From: an uncultured Methylomirabilota bacterium
GTDB lineage: Bacteria; Methylomirabilota; Methylomirabilia; Methylomirabilales; 2-02-FULL-66-22
Direction: 5' to 3'
Length of the DNA: 64,000 nucleotides
NCBI GenBank assembly: GCA_963705305.1
Contig: OY970067.1
Span: 1,312,001-1,376,000, forward strand
A program made the position numbers and the translations under genes. Of the stretch, positions 32,173 through 41,706 are shown piece by piece (within the stretch, counting starts at the first letter, position 1; each line of letters opens with the position of its first letter). Under the pieces are notes generated by a model, which worked only from the letters and a program-made list of their open reading frames with translations, was not told the origin of the DNA and searched no databases.

Positions 32173-32499
32173 TCAGCGACTCATCCAGAGGCCCATGACA
32201 GCTCCGGCGATCCCGAGGAACAGGCCCACGGACACCCGCACAACCCACTCCATCGCGACGGCCTCGGCCACCGTCAATCCGAGCTTCCGGTGGGTCCAGG
32301 CCCCCGCCTACATGAGACCGCTTTCGCCCTCCACCCCCTGTGTCCGTCGCAGCCACCAGCTCCGGGGGCAGAAGCAATAGTCGGCCAATTCGTTGGCGCC
32401 CAAATCGGGGCGGTCCCCCCGCGGCGGTGGGATCCACGCCCCCCGCTTCTGCTGTCGCCAGCGTCACAGCGCCCCGCCTTTTGGTCCTTTGGATGTCAT
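32173..32499 (-). pseudogene. Cas4 N-terminal-motif protein with C-terminal TM helix (two in-frame stops)
   Basis: Manual translation: MTSKGPKGGAL*RWR...LGANELADYCFCPRSWWLRR...GLM*AGAWTHRKLG...VSVGLFLGIAGAVMGLWMSR. ATG overlaps the upstream stop (ATGA). Stops at 32464-66 and 32308-10. Confidence 0.7.
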
Positions 32500-33099
32500 C
32501 CGCCCAACGCCTCATCGCAGACGTGGCGTAGCGCGCACCGCTGACATCTGGCCGGCGAGTGGTGGTCCGCGATGGAGATCCTTGTTGATTGCCAGGGCCC
32601 GGCGCATCCGCTGGGCGGTCGCGAAGACCCCCTCCCGAATCTCCGGCGTGTTCTGAATGTGCACCTCACCGCGGGGAACCAGGGCCCCGCGTTCATCGAC
32701 GTACCGAATCCAGCCCTCGGGGGGCGTCTGCCTCACCCGGCTGTCGCCCTGGCAGAGGACCAGAGCCGTGGCGAGCTGGAGGATGTGGCTCGGCCGGACC
32801 TTCCCGGGCTCGAACCCCTGTCCTGCGGCCTTGTACTCGACCGGAAGCACGGCCCGAGTCGCGATGTGCTGCAGGAGCAAATCCACCTTTTCCGTGAGGC
32901 TCCATTCATTGTCCCGGAGCAGGATGGCCCCGCGGCTGTCCATTCGGGCCTCCTGACCCAAGTCAGCCGAGAACACCCGGTAGCCTTTCGGGGTGTTGGC
33001 CTCGATCCCTGACCGCCTGCGACGCCAGACCGACAGGACCGGGAATCCGGTCAGAGCCAGGAAGAGGAGCGAGAGGGCTGCGAGCGTGCCTGCCTCCAC
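32496..33099 (-). pseudogene. Membrane-anchored Cas4/Dna2-like PD-(D/E)XK nuclease lacking the N-terminal Cys motif (+1 frameshift at ~32568)
   Basis: N-terminal TM, LTEKVDLL, PVEYK, HILQLA and GWIRY. The alternate frame supplies SPARCQRCALRHVC (CxxC-x5-C). Confidence 0.75.
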
Positions 33100-33606
33100 T
33101 AACGGGGAAGCATACTCCGCCGCTTATGGAGAGGGCGATCCGCGACGGGGGGCTCTCTCAGGGGCAGTCGCCAACCCCATCAGAGAGAGGGGGGGCGCGA
33201 CCGGACCCCAATTCTCTCAACCCGCGCGTGCAGCGAAGAGGTGATGGCGCGCCACGCCATCGGACTCGCTCGGGTCAACGAGCCGCCGTACGCGGCGCAG
33301 GCGAGAAGGTGGTGAATGAGTTGTTCCCAGGGCAAGTATGGGGCTGTGCATCGGGGGACCAGGGGACTGGATCTGGCGGGGGTCAAGCTGTTTCGCAGGT
33401 GGGCCGCGGAAGCCACGGATAGCTCTATCAACTCCAGGTACCCTTATCATGGGATGGTCAACATCTATGGGTCCCGGATGAGCGTCCCGGCCGCGCTAGT
33501 GATCGGGCAGGCCACTTGGTCGGCGATCCGGCAGCGGGCGCGAAGCGATCGGGCCAGGGCGTTCCGTTCGATCTGGTTAGCGACTGTCTTCAAGACCGAA
33601 CGGCGC

Positions 33607-34767
33607 TTAGGCGGGATGTGAAGTAGGCGGCTCAGGTGCGGGGCCAGGGGATTCCGACTTCCCGCCGCCCTCGGGTGTTCCGCCGGTTGAGCCGGCCTCG
33701 GCGCCCCGCCGGAGATCGTCTCGGGTGAAGTGGACGTAACGGTCACTCGAGCGCCGGGAGCTGTGGCGAAGGAGGCCGGAGATCACCACGAGGTTCACGG
33801 CGTTGCGGAGGCGCTTGATCGCGAAATCGTGGCGCAGATCGTGCTGGCGCAGGTCCTTGATGTTCGCGGCGAGGCAAACGTCGTGGAAGACATGCGTGGC
33901 GTAGTCGACGGTCAGCGGGCGGCCGTCCGGCCAGCAGAACACCCAGTCGGAGCTGCGCGAGAGAGCCCCAAGAATCGCGACGGCCTTCTTGCTGAGGACC
34001 AGGTACTGCTTCTTGCCCGCCTTGGTTTCGGGCAGCTCAGCCAAGCGATCGCGCCAGAGAATCTTCGGCCACGTCAAGCCGGTCGCCTCTCCTGCCCGCG
34101 CACCGGTCTCGCCAAGGAACTCGAAGTATGGGTGGAGAACGGGAGGCTCGGTGGGGATTCCGGCCCAGAAGGCCTTCGCCTCCTCGGGGGTCATCTCTCG
34201 CGCGCGCTCGTTGTTCTCGGTCAGCAGCTCGACGGTGGCGAAGGGGCTGTGCAGGATCTTCCGTGCCTCCAGTGCGCGGTTCAGCACGGCCTTCAGGTCC
34301 TGCAAGAACCGATTGATACTCGCCGGCTTCCGCTTGCGTTTCCGCTTTTCGGTACGTGGGCCAACGGCCAGGTCGAGTTTGAGCTGCTCAATCTTGCTGG
34401 CCGGGATGTCCGTCGCCTCGATGTCGCCGAGCTTCTCAAGCACCTCGTCCAGCCTGCGCTCGATCACGTCGGCGGTCTTGTCGCCAGAGGCTTTCTTGGC
34501 GGTCATGTGCTCATTGATCAGCTGCTTCAGATGGACCGGCGGGAGGAATTTCTCTGGGAATCGCTGGCGGAGGACCTTCTCCGCCTTCTTGGCATCCCGA
34601 AACTCGACCGCCTGACTCTTCGTGCCGATGAGGGGACGATGGCGATTGCGGTCGCAGTCGTAGTACTCCACACCCCAATAACCCGGCTCCCGATTCGGAC
34701 CTACGCCCGGACCGGTGGGATCGGGTTTGAAGAAGAGGCCGCGGTCTTTCCCGCTCTTCCGTGCCAT
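33607..34767 (-). CDS. Tyrosine recombinase/integrase
   Basis: Catalytic set intact: GARAGE (R), TKAG (K), HDLRH, LLRH and DRY (Y). Also ASINRFL. Confidence 0.92.
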   Translation of the reverse strand: MARKSGKDRGLFFKPDPTGPGVGPNREPGYWGVEYYDCDRNRHRPLIGTKSQAVEFRDAKKAEKVLRQRFPEKFLPPVHLKQLINEHMTAKKASGDKTADVIERRLDEVLEKLGDIEATDIPASKIEQLKLDLAVGPRTEKRKRKRKPASINRFLQDLKAVLNRALEARKILHSPFATVELLTENNERAREMTPEEAKAFWAGIPTEPPVLHPYFEFLGETGARAGEATGLTWPKILWRDRLAELPETKAGKKQYLVLSKKAVAILGALSRSSDWVFCWPDGRPLTVDYATHVFHDVCLAANIKDLRQHDLRHDFAIKRLRNAVNLVVISGLLRHSSRRSSDRYVHFTRDDLRRGAEAGSTGGTPEGGGKSESPGPAPEPPTSHPA

Positions 34768-34800
34768 GAGAGGTCTCGGACTGGATACCTGGTGATTGAG

Positions 34801-35073
34801 TTACGGCAGCGCTGTGTCGCGCGAAATCTGCGCGATGCGTTCACGATGGCGAGCGAGGTAGCGCTCCAGATCGATCCGGCGAAAGATGACACACCGGCCA
34901 ACCCGGATCACCGGAATGCGGTGCTTGGCTCGCCAGCGACGGTCTTCTAGCGTTCGTACCGAGACGCCGAGCAAATAGGCCGCATCCACGACGCGCAGCG
35001 ACTCGCGTAACGTCGGCTCTCTTGGATCGCTCGCCGCCCAAACTGGATCGCTGGCGCTTCCGAGGCCGCCCAT
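34801..35073 (-). CDS. Excisionase-like helix-turn-helix protein
   Basis: LRVVDAAYLLGVSVRTL...IPVIRVGRCVIFRRIDLERYL, directly upstream of the integrase. Confidence 0.8.
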   Translation of the reverse strand: MGGLGSASDPVWAASDPREPTLRESLRVVDAAYLLGVSVRTLEDRRWRAKHRIPVIRVGRCVIFRRIDLERYLARHRERIAQISRDTALP

Positions 35074-35409
35074 CTGTGCTCTCCACGCTTGATCACTGCC
35101 GTGATCGAAGCTGGCACGAGCGTATGGGGCCCCTGGATTCAAACAAGGACACATTTCTGTTGGGCAGGCCGAAATCAGTCCGGCGGTCACTCTTCTTGGC
35201 CCCGACCGGACCAAGTCGCTTGGAACAAGAGCTTCATCTCGCTGCCGGCACGCGGCTCAAACGGGGCAGGGAGCAATTCAATTCCGTGATTGAGATGTGA
35301 TGGGCCGAGCTGCAGCAGGTGCGACACGGAAGGCGGGGGGCTACGTCGGGGGTCTGGGAACCGGTCCCTTTTGAGACAGAATCGCCATCGCTGTATTTCG
35401 GGGGCTTAC

Positions 35410-35712
35410 GTGTCTCAAAATCCAGTCGCAAATCCAGCAAGACGAATTGGGTACGCCCGTGTCTCCACCGATGATCAAGATCCAGCCCTTCAAGTCGACG
35501 CCCTGCGCGGGGCGGGATGCACCGAGATCTTTGAGGATAAGATTTCAGGGGTGATCCGCAACCGTCCCGGGCTCGAGCGCGCCCTCGCTGCGGTGGAGCC
35601 CGGCGAAACTCTTGTCGTTTGGAAGCTCGACCGCCTTGGCCGGTCGCTGAGCGACTTGATCGACATCATCACAACGATAGGGAACTCCGGCTGCCATTTC
35701 CGCTCCCTCTCT
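35410..35712 (+). pseudogene. Truncated serine resolvase/invertase
   Basis: IGYARVSTDDQ...RPGL...LVVWKLDRLGRSL; similarity ends at FRSL, with no C-terminal helix or HTH. Confidence 0.85.
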
Positions 35713-36396
35713 TGGCGTCTCCAGGGCAACCCTATACCGGGCGTTGGCGCGACTTCCCGACTGAGAGCCCGGATGGCCGATGGCCGGGTGATTGGCGAGC
35801 GGACTTCTCGCTCGCGCTCAAGCACGGGAGGCCGCGATGCAGCCCGTTCAGTTGATTCGCACCGGGGAGACGCTGGTCCTCCATCAGACGGCACGGCGCA
35901 GTAGGACCGCCTCGTTTTCGAGGCGCAACTCCTTCTCGAACCGCAAGGCCGCCTTGTCGGGCGAGCAGGCCACGGCGCACTACCTGCGGGCACTCCACGG
36001 CATCGTCGAGCAGCAGGCGAGCGAGGTCCATGCGGCCGGACGCGGGGACAGAGGTGATGAACTGACGCAGTTTACCAACCTCCACACTCGCCGCACAAGC
36101 TTCGCATCCCGAGACTCGCCGTGATGCCGACGTGACTGCAATTCCCGCTCACTGCAATAGCTTGCGCTGACTCCTGCGGCTCTCGTGGGCAAGCGGCCGT
36201 GCCTCCGGGGAGACAGAGCAGCGCGAGGCTTGACGCTCAGTCTCGCCAGCCGTCAGCTTCTTCGCGGCGACCTCGGCCTTGACTTCGATCAGAGCAAGAG
36301 ATAGCCTTCGTTAGCATTCCACCGCTCGCACCTCCGCCTGCCCAGGCCCTCGGGCCTTTCATACGTTATGCAAACCTGACTGAGGGGGTGGGGCTC

Positions 36397-37176
36397 ATGA
36401 GCCGCCAAATCCTTCTTGAGCCACAGCAGGATCAGCTCTTCCGCGACTTGGTGGAAGCGGAACGCCGGGTGCCGCGCGAGCGGCGAGAACCGTTCTATGT
36501 CTTGAGAGTAAACATACCCACCGGCGTTCTCTTGATGCACGCGGGGTGGCAGGATCCCAACCGAGCGGTATTCGAAGGCGACATCGACACGCTCGCCCAG
36601 CGTGGGCTGATAGCAATCATGCAACGAGGGAACACCCCCTCGTTCTACGTCACGCCAGAGGGCTTCAACTATTATACCGAACTGATGGCGGCGATGGGCG
36701 AGCCGATGGAACGTCTCCAGAAGGTGACGCTCGACTATCTGAGCAACCCAGGGTTTCAATTGCGTTACCCGGCCGCCTTCGTAAAATGGGCCAAAGCGGA
36801 AGAGCTGCTGTGGGGCAGCGACAGTGCGGAAGAGTACACGACCATCGGCCACTTGCTGCGCGAGGCAATGCAAGAATTCGCGACGGAGCTGGTTGACCGC
36901 TTCCAACCACCGAATGTCGAGCAGGACAAGGCGAAGACAATCAAGCGAATCCGAGCGGTGATTGAAGCGAGGAGACGGAGCGAAGGCGTAGCGAAATTCC
37001 TTGAAGCACTCGTCTCCTACTGGGGAGCGGTAAGTGACCTCATCCAGCGACAAGAGCACGGCGGGCAGAAGGAAGGCGAGGCGCTCGGTTGGCCCGACGC
37101 CCGGCGAGCCGTGTTTCAGGTCGCGATAATTATGCTTGAGGTAAACAGCGCGCTGCTGAACGAGACAAAATCGTAA
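36397..37176 (+). CDS. Hypothetical protein (winged-helix-like N-terminus, possible Abi/HEPN-like C-terminus)
   Basis: ~259-aa ORF. LAQRGLI...FYVTPEG and GHLLREAMQEF...QRQEHG. Confidence 0.65.
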   Translation: MSRQILLEPQQDQLFRDLVEAERRVPRERREPFYVLRVNIPTGVLLMHAGWQDPNRAVFEGDIDTLAQRGLIAIMQRGNTPSFYVTPEGFNYYTELMAAMGEPMERLQKVTLDYLSNPGFQLRYPAAFVKWAKAEELLWGSDSAEEYTTIGHLLREAMQEFATELVDRFQPPNVEQDKAKTIKRIRAVIEARRRSEGVAKFLEALVSYWGAVSDLIQRQEHGGQKEGEALGWPDARRAVFQVAIIMLEVNSALLNETKS

Positions 37177-37225
37177 GTCGGGCTCGCGTTGGCAGTAAGT
37201 CGCTTGACGGCCCGTGGAGTACAAC

Positions 37226-38365
37226 ATGGCCGATGAATTCGAAGAGATCGCGCACTCCGGAGGAAAGATAAGCTTCACAATTCACACGGACGAAGAAGGC
37301 CGCACCACATATCAGATCAGCTTAACTGGCAGTCGGCCTGTGCCCATGACGCTGATGGCAGTCTACGCCTTGCCTCAAGGCGTGCCGGTCGAGACGATAC
37401 GCCTCGGCGGAATTGGGCAGCCGTGGAACCCGCCGCCCTTTCCTGGGTGCTTTGCCGTCCTCATCGCTTCCGACACGGAAGGGCAATTCGGGCACGTTTG
37501 CCCTGCCTGCAAAGGCTACTGGCGGAGTGGGCCGTTTCCTGGTCTGTGCCCATACTGTGCTTCACGCGGCAAGGCACACCAATTCATTTCGCTGGCTCAA
37601 CTTCGCTATGTCCGTCAGTACTGTACCGTCCTCAGCGACGCCCTTGCTGCCGCCGGCAACAGTGAAGTGGTGATAGATATGGATGCCGTCGCGGATGCTG
37701 TGGGCAAAGAAGGCGAAAAGCCGGCGTTCTACGTATCGGAGCAAAGCCAACAACGCAAATTCGATTGCCGGGCGTGCGGTGAATTCAACGATATTCTGGG
37801 TCGTTACGGCTACTGCTCGTCATGTGGGACGCGGAACGATCTGGCAGACTTTGAAGATCAGACCGCACGGAGCGTTCGTGAGCGAATAAACGCCGGGCAA
37901 GCACCTGAAGATTGCGTTAGAGATGCAGTCTCAGCCTTCGACTCCTTCATGGCCCAAATCGCTAATCAGTTGATAGAACTCGTGCCGATGACAGAACGTC
38001 GCAAGGAGCGGCTCTCCAGACACCGATTTCAGAACCTCGAAGAGGTACGGGAGACTTTCAGGGGTTGGTTTGACATTGACCCGTGCGCGGGGATGAGCGA
38101 GGAGGAGCGCAAGTTCGTAGCCTTGCTGTTTCATCGCCGGCATGTGTACGAGCATAAGGGTGGCGAGGTCGATCAGAAGTACCTCGACGACACCGGCGAC
38201 ACCACGGTACAGCTAAAGCAGCGGTTACACGAAACCCAGAGGGATGCGCACAGATTGGTCGGCCTCTTGGTCAAGATGGCCCGGAACGTTCACGCTACCT
38301 TCCACGAGATGTTCCCACCGATCTCTGAACCAATCGAGGATCACGCTCGGCGTCACCGTCGCTAA
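37226..38365 (+). CDS. Zinc-ribbon plus putative HEPN protein
   Basis: Four CxxC pairs (CPAC, CPYC, CRAC, CSSC) and an RHVYEH (Rx4H) motif. Confidence 0.7.
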   Translation: MADEFEEIAHSGGKISFTIHTDEEGRTTYQISLTGSRPVPMTLMAVYALPQGVPVETIRLGGIGQPWNPPPFPGCFAVLIASDTEGQFGHVCPACKGYWRSGPFPGLCPYCASRGKAHQFISLAQLRYVRQYCTVLSDALAAAGNSEVVIDMDAVADAVGKEGEKPAFYVSEQSQQRKFDCRACGEFNDILGRYGYCSSCGTRNDLADFEDQTARSVRERINAGQAPEDCVRDAVSAFDSFMAQIANQLIELVPMTERRKERLSRHRFQNLEEVRETFRGWFDIDPCAGMSEEERKFVALLFHRRHVYEHKGGEVDQKYLDDTGDTTVQLKQRLHETQRDAHRLVGLLVKMARNVHATFHEMFPPISEPIEDHARRHRR

Positions 38366-38952
38366 CCCCCGTAGCCCCGGCTTACTTCCCCACGCACCAC
38401 ACACCGGCCCTTTGCCTTCATGCGCCTTTCGTAGAACGTCTCCCCCGGCAAATCGGGATTGATCTACTGGCAGGATAGGGTTTCACAATGCGGGCCGTAG
38501 GAGTGCCTGGGGAGCGGCGTCAGTTGCGTGTGTGTCCTGGGCTCTTTACATTTGGGGTTCACGATCGCGGCGAGCCGGCTGTCGGGATGGCAGCGGACTC
38601 CAGGTCCGCGTTCTGAGCCAGGAAGTGTCGCCAGCCGTCGGTCCGGTCGGCTGCATGGGCGCGTTGACCTCACTCAGAGTTCGCCGCGGCCGTATTGGAG
38701 GACACACCATCATCGGCCTGGTGATTCATTGCAGTGCCTGGCTCCTTACCAGGAGTTCGCCTGCCAACGCTCGCGCTCGGGAGAGAGAACACCAGGAGCC
38801 AATACTATTTTAGGTGCTCCTAAACTTAGTGGCGGTTCGCTACAGAATTTGGCCGTATTTCATCGTACTGGACCGTACCGGTCCCCAAATACTAAGGCCA
38901 GCGCAACTCCTTGTCGCGCGGGCCTTTTCGTCGAAAAACCGTATCAAATCTG

Positions 38953-39027
38953 TGGCTCCCCGGGTAGGACTCGAACCTACAACCTAGCGGTTAACAGCCG
39001 CTCGCTCCACCATTGAGCTACCGGGGA
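38953..39027 (-). tRNA. tRNA-Asn (GTT)
   Basis: TCCCCGGTAGCTCAATGG...CTGTTAA...GGTTCGAGTCC...GGGGAGCCA cloverleaf. Confidence 0.97.
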
Positions 39028-39396
39028 ATATTATCTTGTCTCGACCTGATCTCGCGGGGCCTGCTCCAAAACTTTCTTTAACCACTCGCGGCCGCGGCCC
39101 GACTTTAAGTATTTCTCGCGCCCCATTGCCTCCCGCCTCGACGGAAGGCGTTCAGCATGAACGAGGAGCCAGGGACCCGGGCTTCGTTTCGTAAATACGC
39201 TCCGATTCTTCTCCGGGTCATTGTGCTGCCTGAGGCGCCCCTCCAAGTTGTCCGTCTGCCCTACGTACAGCCTTCCGCTTGCTTGGCTGCGGATGACGTA
39301 GACCCAAAACCTCCCCGGTTCGCTGCGCCATTCACTGGGCTTCGGCAGATTGCTCCTCATCCGCCGCACTCGGCTCGTCATTGAGCTACCGGGGAA
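39011..39396. repeat. 18-bp direct repeat of the tRNA-Asn 5' end flanking the GIY-YIG gene
   Basis: CATTGAGCTACCGGGGAA at 39011-39028 and 39379-39396. Confidence 0.9.
39031..39381 (-). CDS. GIY-YIG nuclease family protein
   Basis: FWVYVIRS...LYVGQTDNLEGRLRQHN...REKYLKSGRGREWL; start uncertain. Confidence 0.88.
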   Translation of the reverse strand: MTSRVRRMRSNLPKPSEWRSEPGRFWVYVIRSQASGRLYVGQTDNLEGRLRQHNDPEKNRSVFTKRSPGPWLLVHAERLPSRREAMGREKYLKSGRGREWLKKVLEQAPRDQVETR

Positions 39397-39467
39397 AGCT
39401 GGGATGGCGCCGCGTACTATACCAACAGTTCGTCCGTGCCGCAAGCCGGCGCTACGGGACGGGACGG

Positions 39468-40061
39468 CTAGGTCGTCATTTTCTTCCGGATGTCACCGAG
39501 GACCAGCTTGGCGCCCGCCTTCAGCGTCTCGAAGACGCCGACGCCCTTGGTGGCGCAGGCCTCGAAGGCCGGCACGCCCCGCGCGTTCAGGGCCGAGTCA
39601 AGGTCGCTCACGGAGACGATGTTGGGCAGGTCGCGCTTGTTGTACTGAAACACCAGGGGGAGATCCGACAGCTTCTGACTCTGCTCGGCCAGGTTCCCCT
39701 CCAGGTTCTCCATGCTCTCGACGTTCGCCTCCAGCCGCTCCAGTTGGGAGTCGGCCACGAAGATCACGCCGTCCACGCCGCGAAGGATGAGTTTCCGGCT
39801 GGCGTCGTAGAAGACCTGCCCCGGAACCGTGTAGAGGTGAAAGCGCGTCTTGAAGCCCCGGATGGTTCCCAGTTCCAGCGGGAGGAAGTCAAAGAAGAGC
39901 GTCCGTTCCGTCTCGGTGGCCAAGGAGATCAGCTTCCCCTTGGTGGCGGGATCCACCTTGGCATGGATGAACTGCAGGTTCGTGGTCTTCCCGCAGAGTC
40001 CCGGGCCGTAATAGACCAGCTTGCAGTTGATCTCTCGGGCGGCGTAATTGACGAAGGACAC
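39468..40061 (-). CDS. mglA: MglA small GTPase
   Basis: [37 protein letters not shown] and NKRD. Confidence 0.96.
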   Translation of the reverse strand: MSFVNYAAREINCKLVYYGPGLCGKTTNLQFIHAKVDPATKGKLISLATETERTLFFDFLPLELGTIRGFKTRFHLYTVPGQVFYDASRKLILRGVDGVIFVADSQLERLEANVESMENLEGNLAEQSQKLSDLPLVFQYNKRDLPNIVSVSDLDSALNARGVPAFEACATKGVGVFETLKAGAKLVLGDIRKKMTT

Positions 40062-40070
40062 GCTGGCGCC

Positions 40071-40577
40071 TCAGTTCGATAGCAGTTTGTCGATGTCGTC
40101 GTCGGTGATCTCGCCCAGGGCGGCCCGCATGGCCGCCTGCTGGGGGCTGGCGCCCCCGGCGGCTCGCCGGTCGATCTGGACGAGCACCTGCCCTATGTCA
40201 TCAATGGCCCGCCGGATGCGGAGGCGGACCAGCCCCATGGGAGCCCGCCGGTCGAAGACCACGACCAGGATCAGGCGCCGCTCCACCGCGGTGATGTGCA
40301 GCCGGTCGGCGTCGCCCTCCAGGGACAGGGCCTGGAATCCGCTGGCGCCCATCAGGTCGGCCAGGCTGCCCGTGGCCGCCATGCTGCCGGCGACCAGCGA
40401 GGCCAGCGCCGTGATGTCGATGCCCGCGGACTCACCGGCCGCGGCCACCAGCCGCCCGTGGCGGTCGGTGAGAAACACGGCACGGCTGCCGGACTCGGCG
40501 CACAGCCACTGCAGCGTGGCCGTCAGGCGCCGCTCGTCCTCCTCGAAGAGCACCAGGTCCGTGGGAGGCGTGCTCAC
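40071..40577 (-). CDS. mglB: MglB roadblock/LC7 GAP
   Basis: ALASLVAGSMAATGSLA...GLVRLR...ITDDDIDKL, upstream of mglA. Confidence 0.92.
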   Translation of the reverse strand: MSTPPTDLVLFEEDERRLTATLQWLCAESGSRAVFLTDRHGRLVAAAGESAGIDITALASLVAGSMAATGSLADLMGASGFQALSLEGDADRLHITAVERRLILVVVFDRRAPMGLVRLRIRRAIDDIGQVLVQIDRRAAGGASPQQAAMRAALGEITDDDIDKLLSN

Positions 40578-40588
40578 CGGGCCGCTCC

Positions 40589-41191
40589 TTATCCGATCTC
40601 CCGTCGCCCCTCGAGCGCCCGGGCCAGCGTCGCCTCGTCGGCGTACTCGAGATCGCCGCCCATGGGCAGCCCGCGCGCGATGCGGGTCACCTTCACCGGA
40701 AACGGCTTCAGCAGCCGCAGCAGATAGAGCGCGGTCGCCTCGCCTTCCACGTTGGGATTCGTGGCCAGGATGACTTCCCGGGCCTCGGCCTCCTCCAAAC
40801 GCGCCACCAGCTCGCGCGCCCGGATCTGCTCGGGCCCGCGGCCGTCCAGCGGCGAGAGCGATCCGCCGAGGACGTGGTAGAGGCCGCGGAACTCCCGGGT
40901 CTTCTCGATGGCCAGGAGGTCATTGACCTCCTCCACCACGCACAGCACCGCCGCCTCGCGGCGCGGGTCCAGGCAGATGCCGCATAGCTCCCCTTCGGCG
41001 ATATTGAAGCAGCGCCGGCAGGACTGCGTACGATCCTTCAGGCCCACCACCGCCTCGGCCAGCGCCACGGCGTCCTCCCGCGGCGCCTTGAGGAGGTGGA
41101 AGGCCAGCCGCTGGGCCGTCTTGGGTCCGATGCCGGGCAGCCGGACGAGCTGATCGATCAGCGAGCCAAGGGCAGCGGGCATCAGTGGCAT
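40589..41191 (-). CDS. recR: Recombination mediator RecR
   Basis: LPGIGPKTAQRLAF, C4 zinc finger, ATNPNVEGEAT and GGDLEYAD. Confidence 0.96.
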   Translation of the reverse strand: MPLMPAALGSLIDQLVRLPGIGPKTAQRLAFHLLKAPREDAVALAEAVVGLKDRTQSCRRCFNIAEGELCGICLDPRREAAVLCVVEEVNDLLAIEKTREFRGLYHVLGGSLSPLDGRGPEQIRARELVARLEEAEAREVILATNPNVEGEATALYLLRLLKPFPVKVTRIARGLPMGGDLEYADEATLARALEGRREIG

Positions 41192-41212
41192 GCAGCTCTC
41201 CCCACTTACTGA

Positions 41213-41385
41213 CAGGCTGCTGAAAAACTCATTCTCGGTCAGGCTGCTCAAAAGGGCCCAGGTGCAAGGCGGCGCGCGATGAGCCGAGTGAGGCGTACTT
41301 CCGGTACGCCGCAGCGAGTGCCCGAGCGCGCGGGGCACCCATCCGAAGGATGGGTCTCGGCAGATGGGCCTTTTTCAGCAGCCTG
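41213..41385. mobile_element. MITE-like element with 15-bp terminal inverted repeats between ybaB and recR
   Basis: CAGGCTGCTGAAAAA (41213) / TTTTTCAGCAGCCTG (41371-41385). A second internal TIR copy at 41240; internal hairpins. Abuts the CTAG containing the ybaB stop. Confidence 0.75.
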
Positions 41386-41697
41386 CTAGAACAGTCCCGG
41401 AAGGCCAAGGCCTCCGGCCAGCCGCGACACGTCCTGGGCGAGCAGCTCGCGCGCCTTCCGCAGCGCGTCATTGGCCGCCGCGGTGACCAGGTCCTGGAGC
41501 ATTTCCAGGTCGTCCCCCCGTACGACCTCGGGGTCGATCTTCACCGAGAGCAATTCGCCTTTGCCGTTGGCCACCGCCGTGACCATCCCGCCGCCGGCGC
41601 TTCCTTCCACGGTTTTGCCCGCCGCCTCCGCCTGGATGCGATCCATCTCGGCCTTCATCTTCTGGGCCTGCTTCATGATCTCACCGAGGTCCTTCAT
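41386..41697 (-). CDS. ybaB: YbaB/EbfC nucleoid-associated protein
   Basis: MKQAQKM...GSAGGGMV...DLEMLQDLVTAAANDAL. Confidence 0.95.
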   Translation of the reverse strand: MKDLGEIMKQAQKMKAEMDRIQAEAAGKTVEGSAGGGMVTAVANGKGELLSVKIDPEVVRGDDLEMLQDLVTAAANDALRKARELLAQDVSRLAGGLGLPGLF

Positions 41698-41706
41698 GCC
41701 CCCTCC

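Larger units (their letters stand above)
1..38952. mobile_element. Integrative (ICE/IME-like) genomic island adjacent to the 3' end of tRNA-Asn; left boundary outside the window
   Basis: Contains tyrosine integrase plus excisionase, resolvase remnant, ssb/radC/uvrD/methylase/helicase/primase backbone and defence cargo. Housekeeping genes begin beyond tRNA-Asn. No second att copy, relaxase or T4SS seen in the window. Confidence 0.8.

Noticed and set aside
29300..33600. CRISPR array near the Cas4-like genes
   Set aside because: No regularly spaced repeat-spacer units were seen, the repeats at 30845-31124 are short and irregular, and no cas1/cas2 is present.
36340..36372. attC before the 36397 gene (CATACGTTATGC)
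   Set aside because: Only an R'-like GTTATGC is present, with no matching R'' box or arm.
1..38952. Second att copy of the tRNA-Asn 3' end
   Set aside because: No TGGCTCCCCGGGTAGG duplicate was found by eye; it is presumably beyond the left edge.
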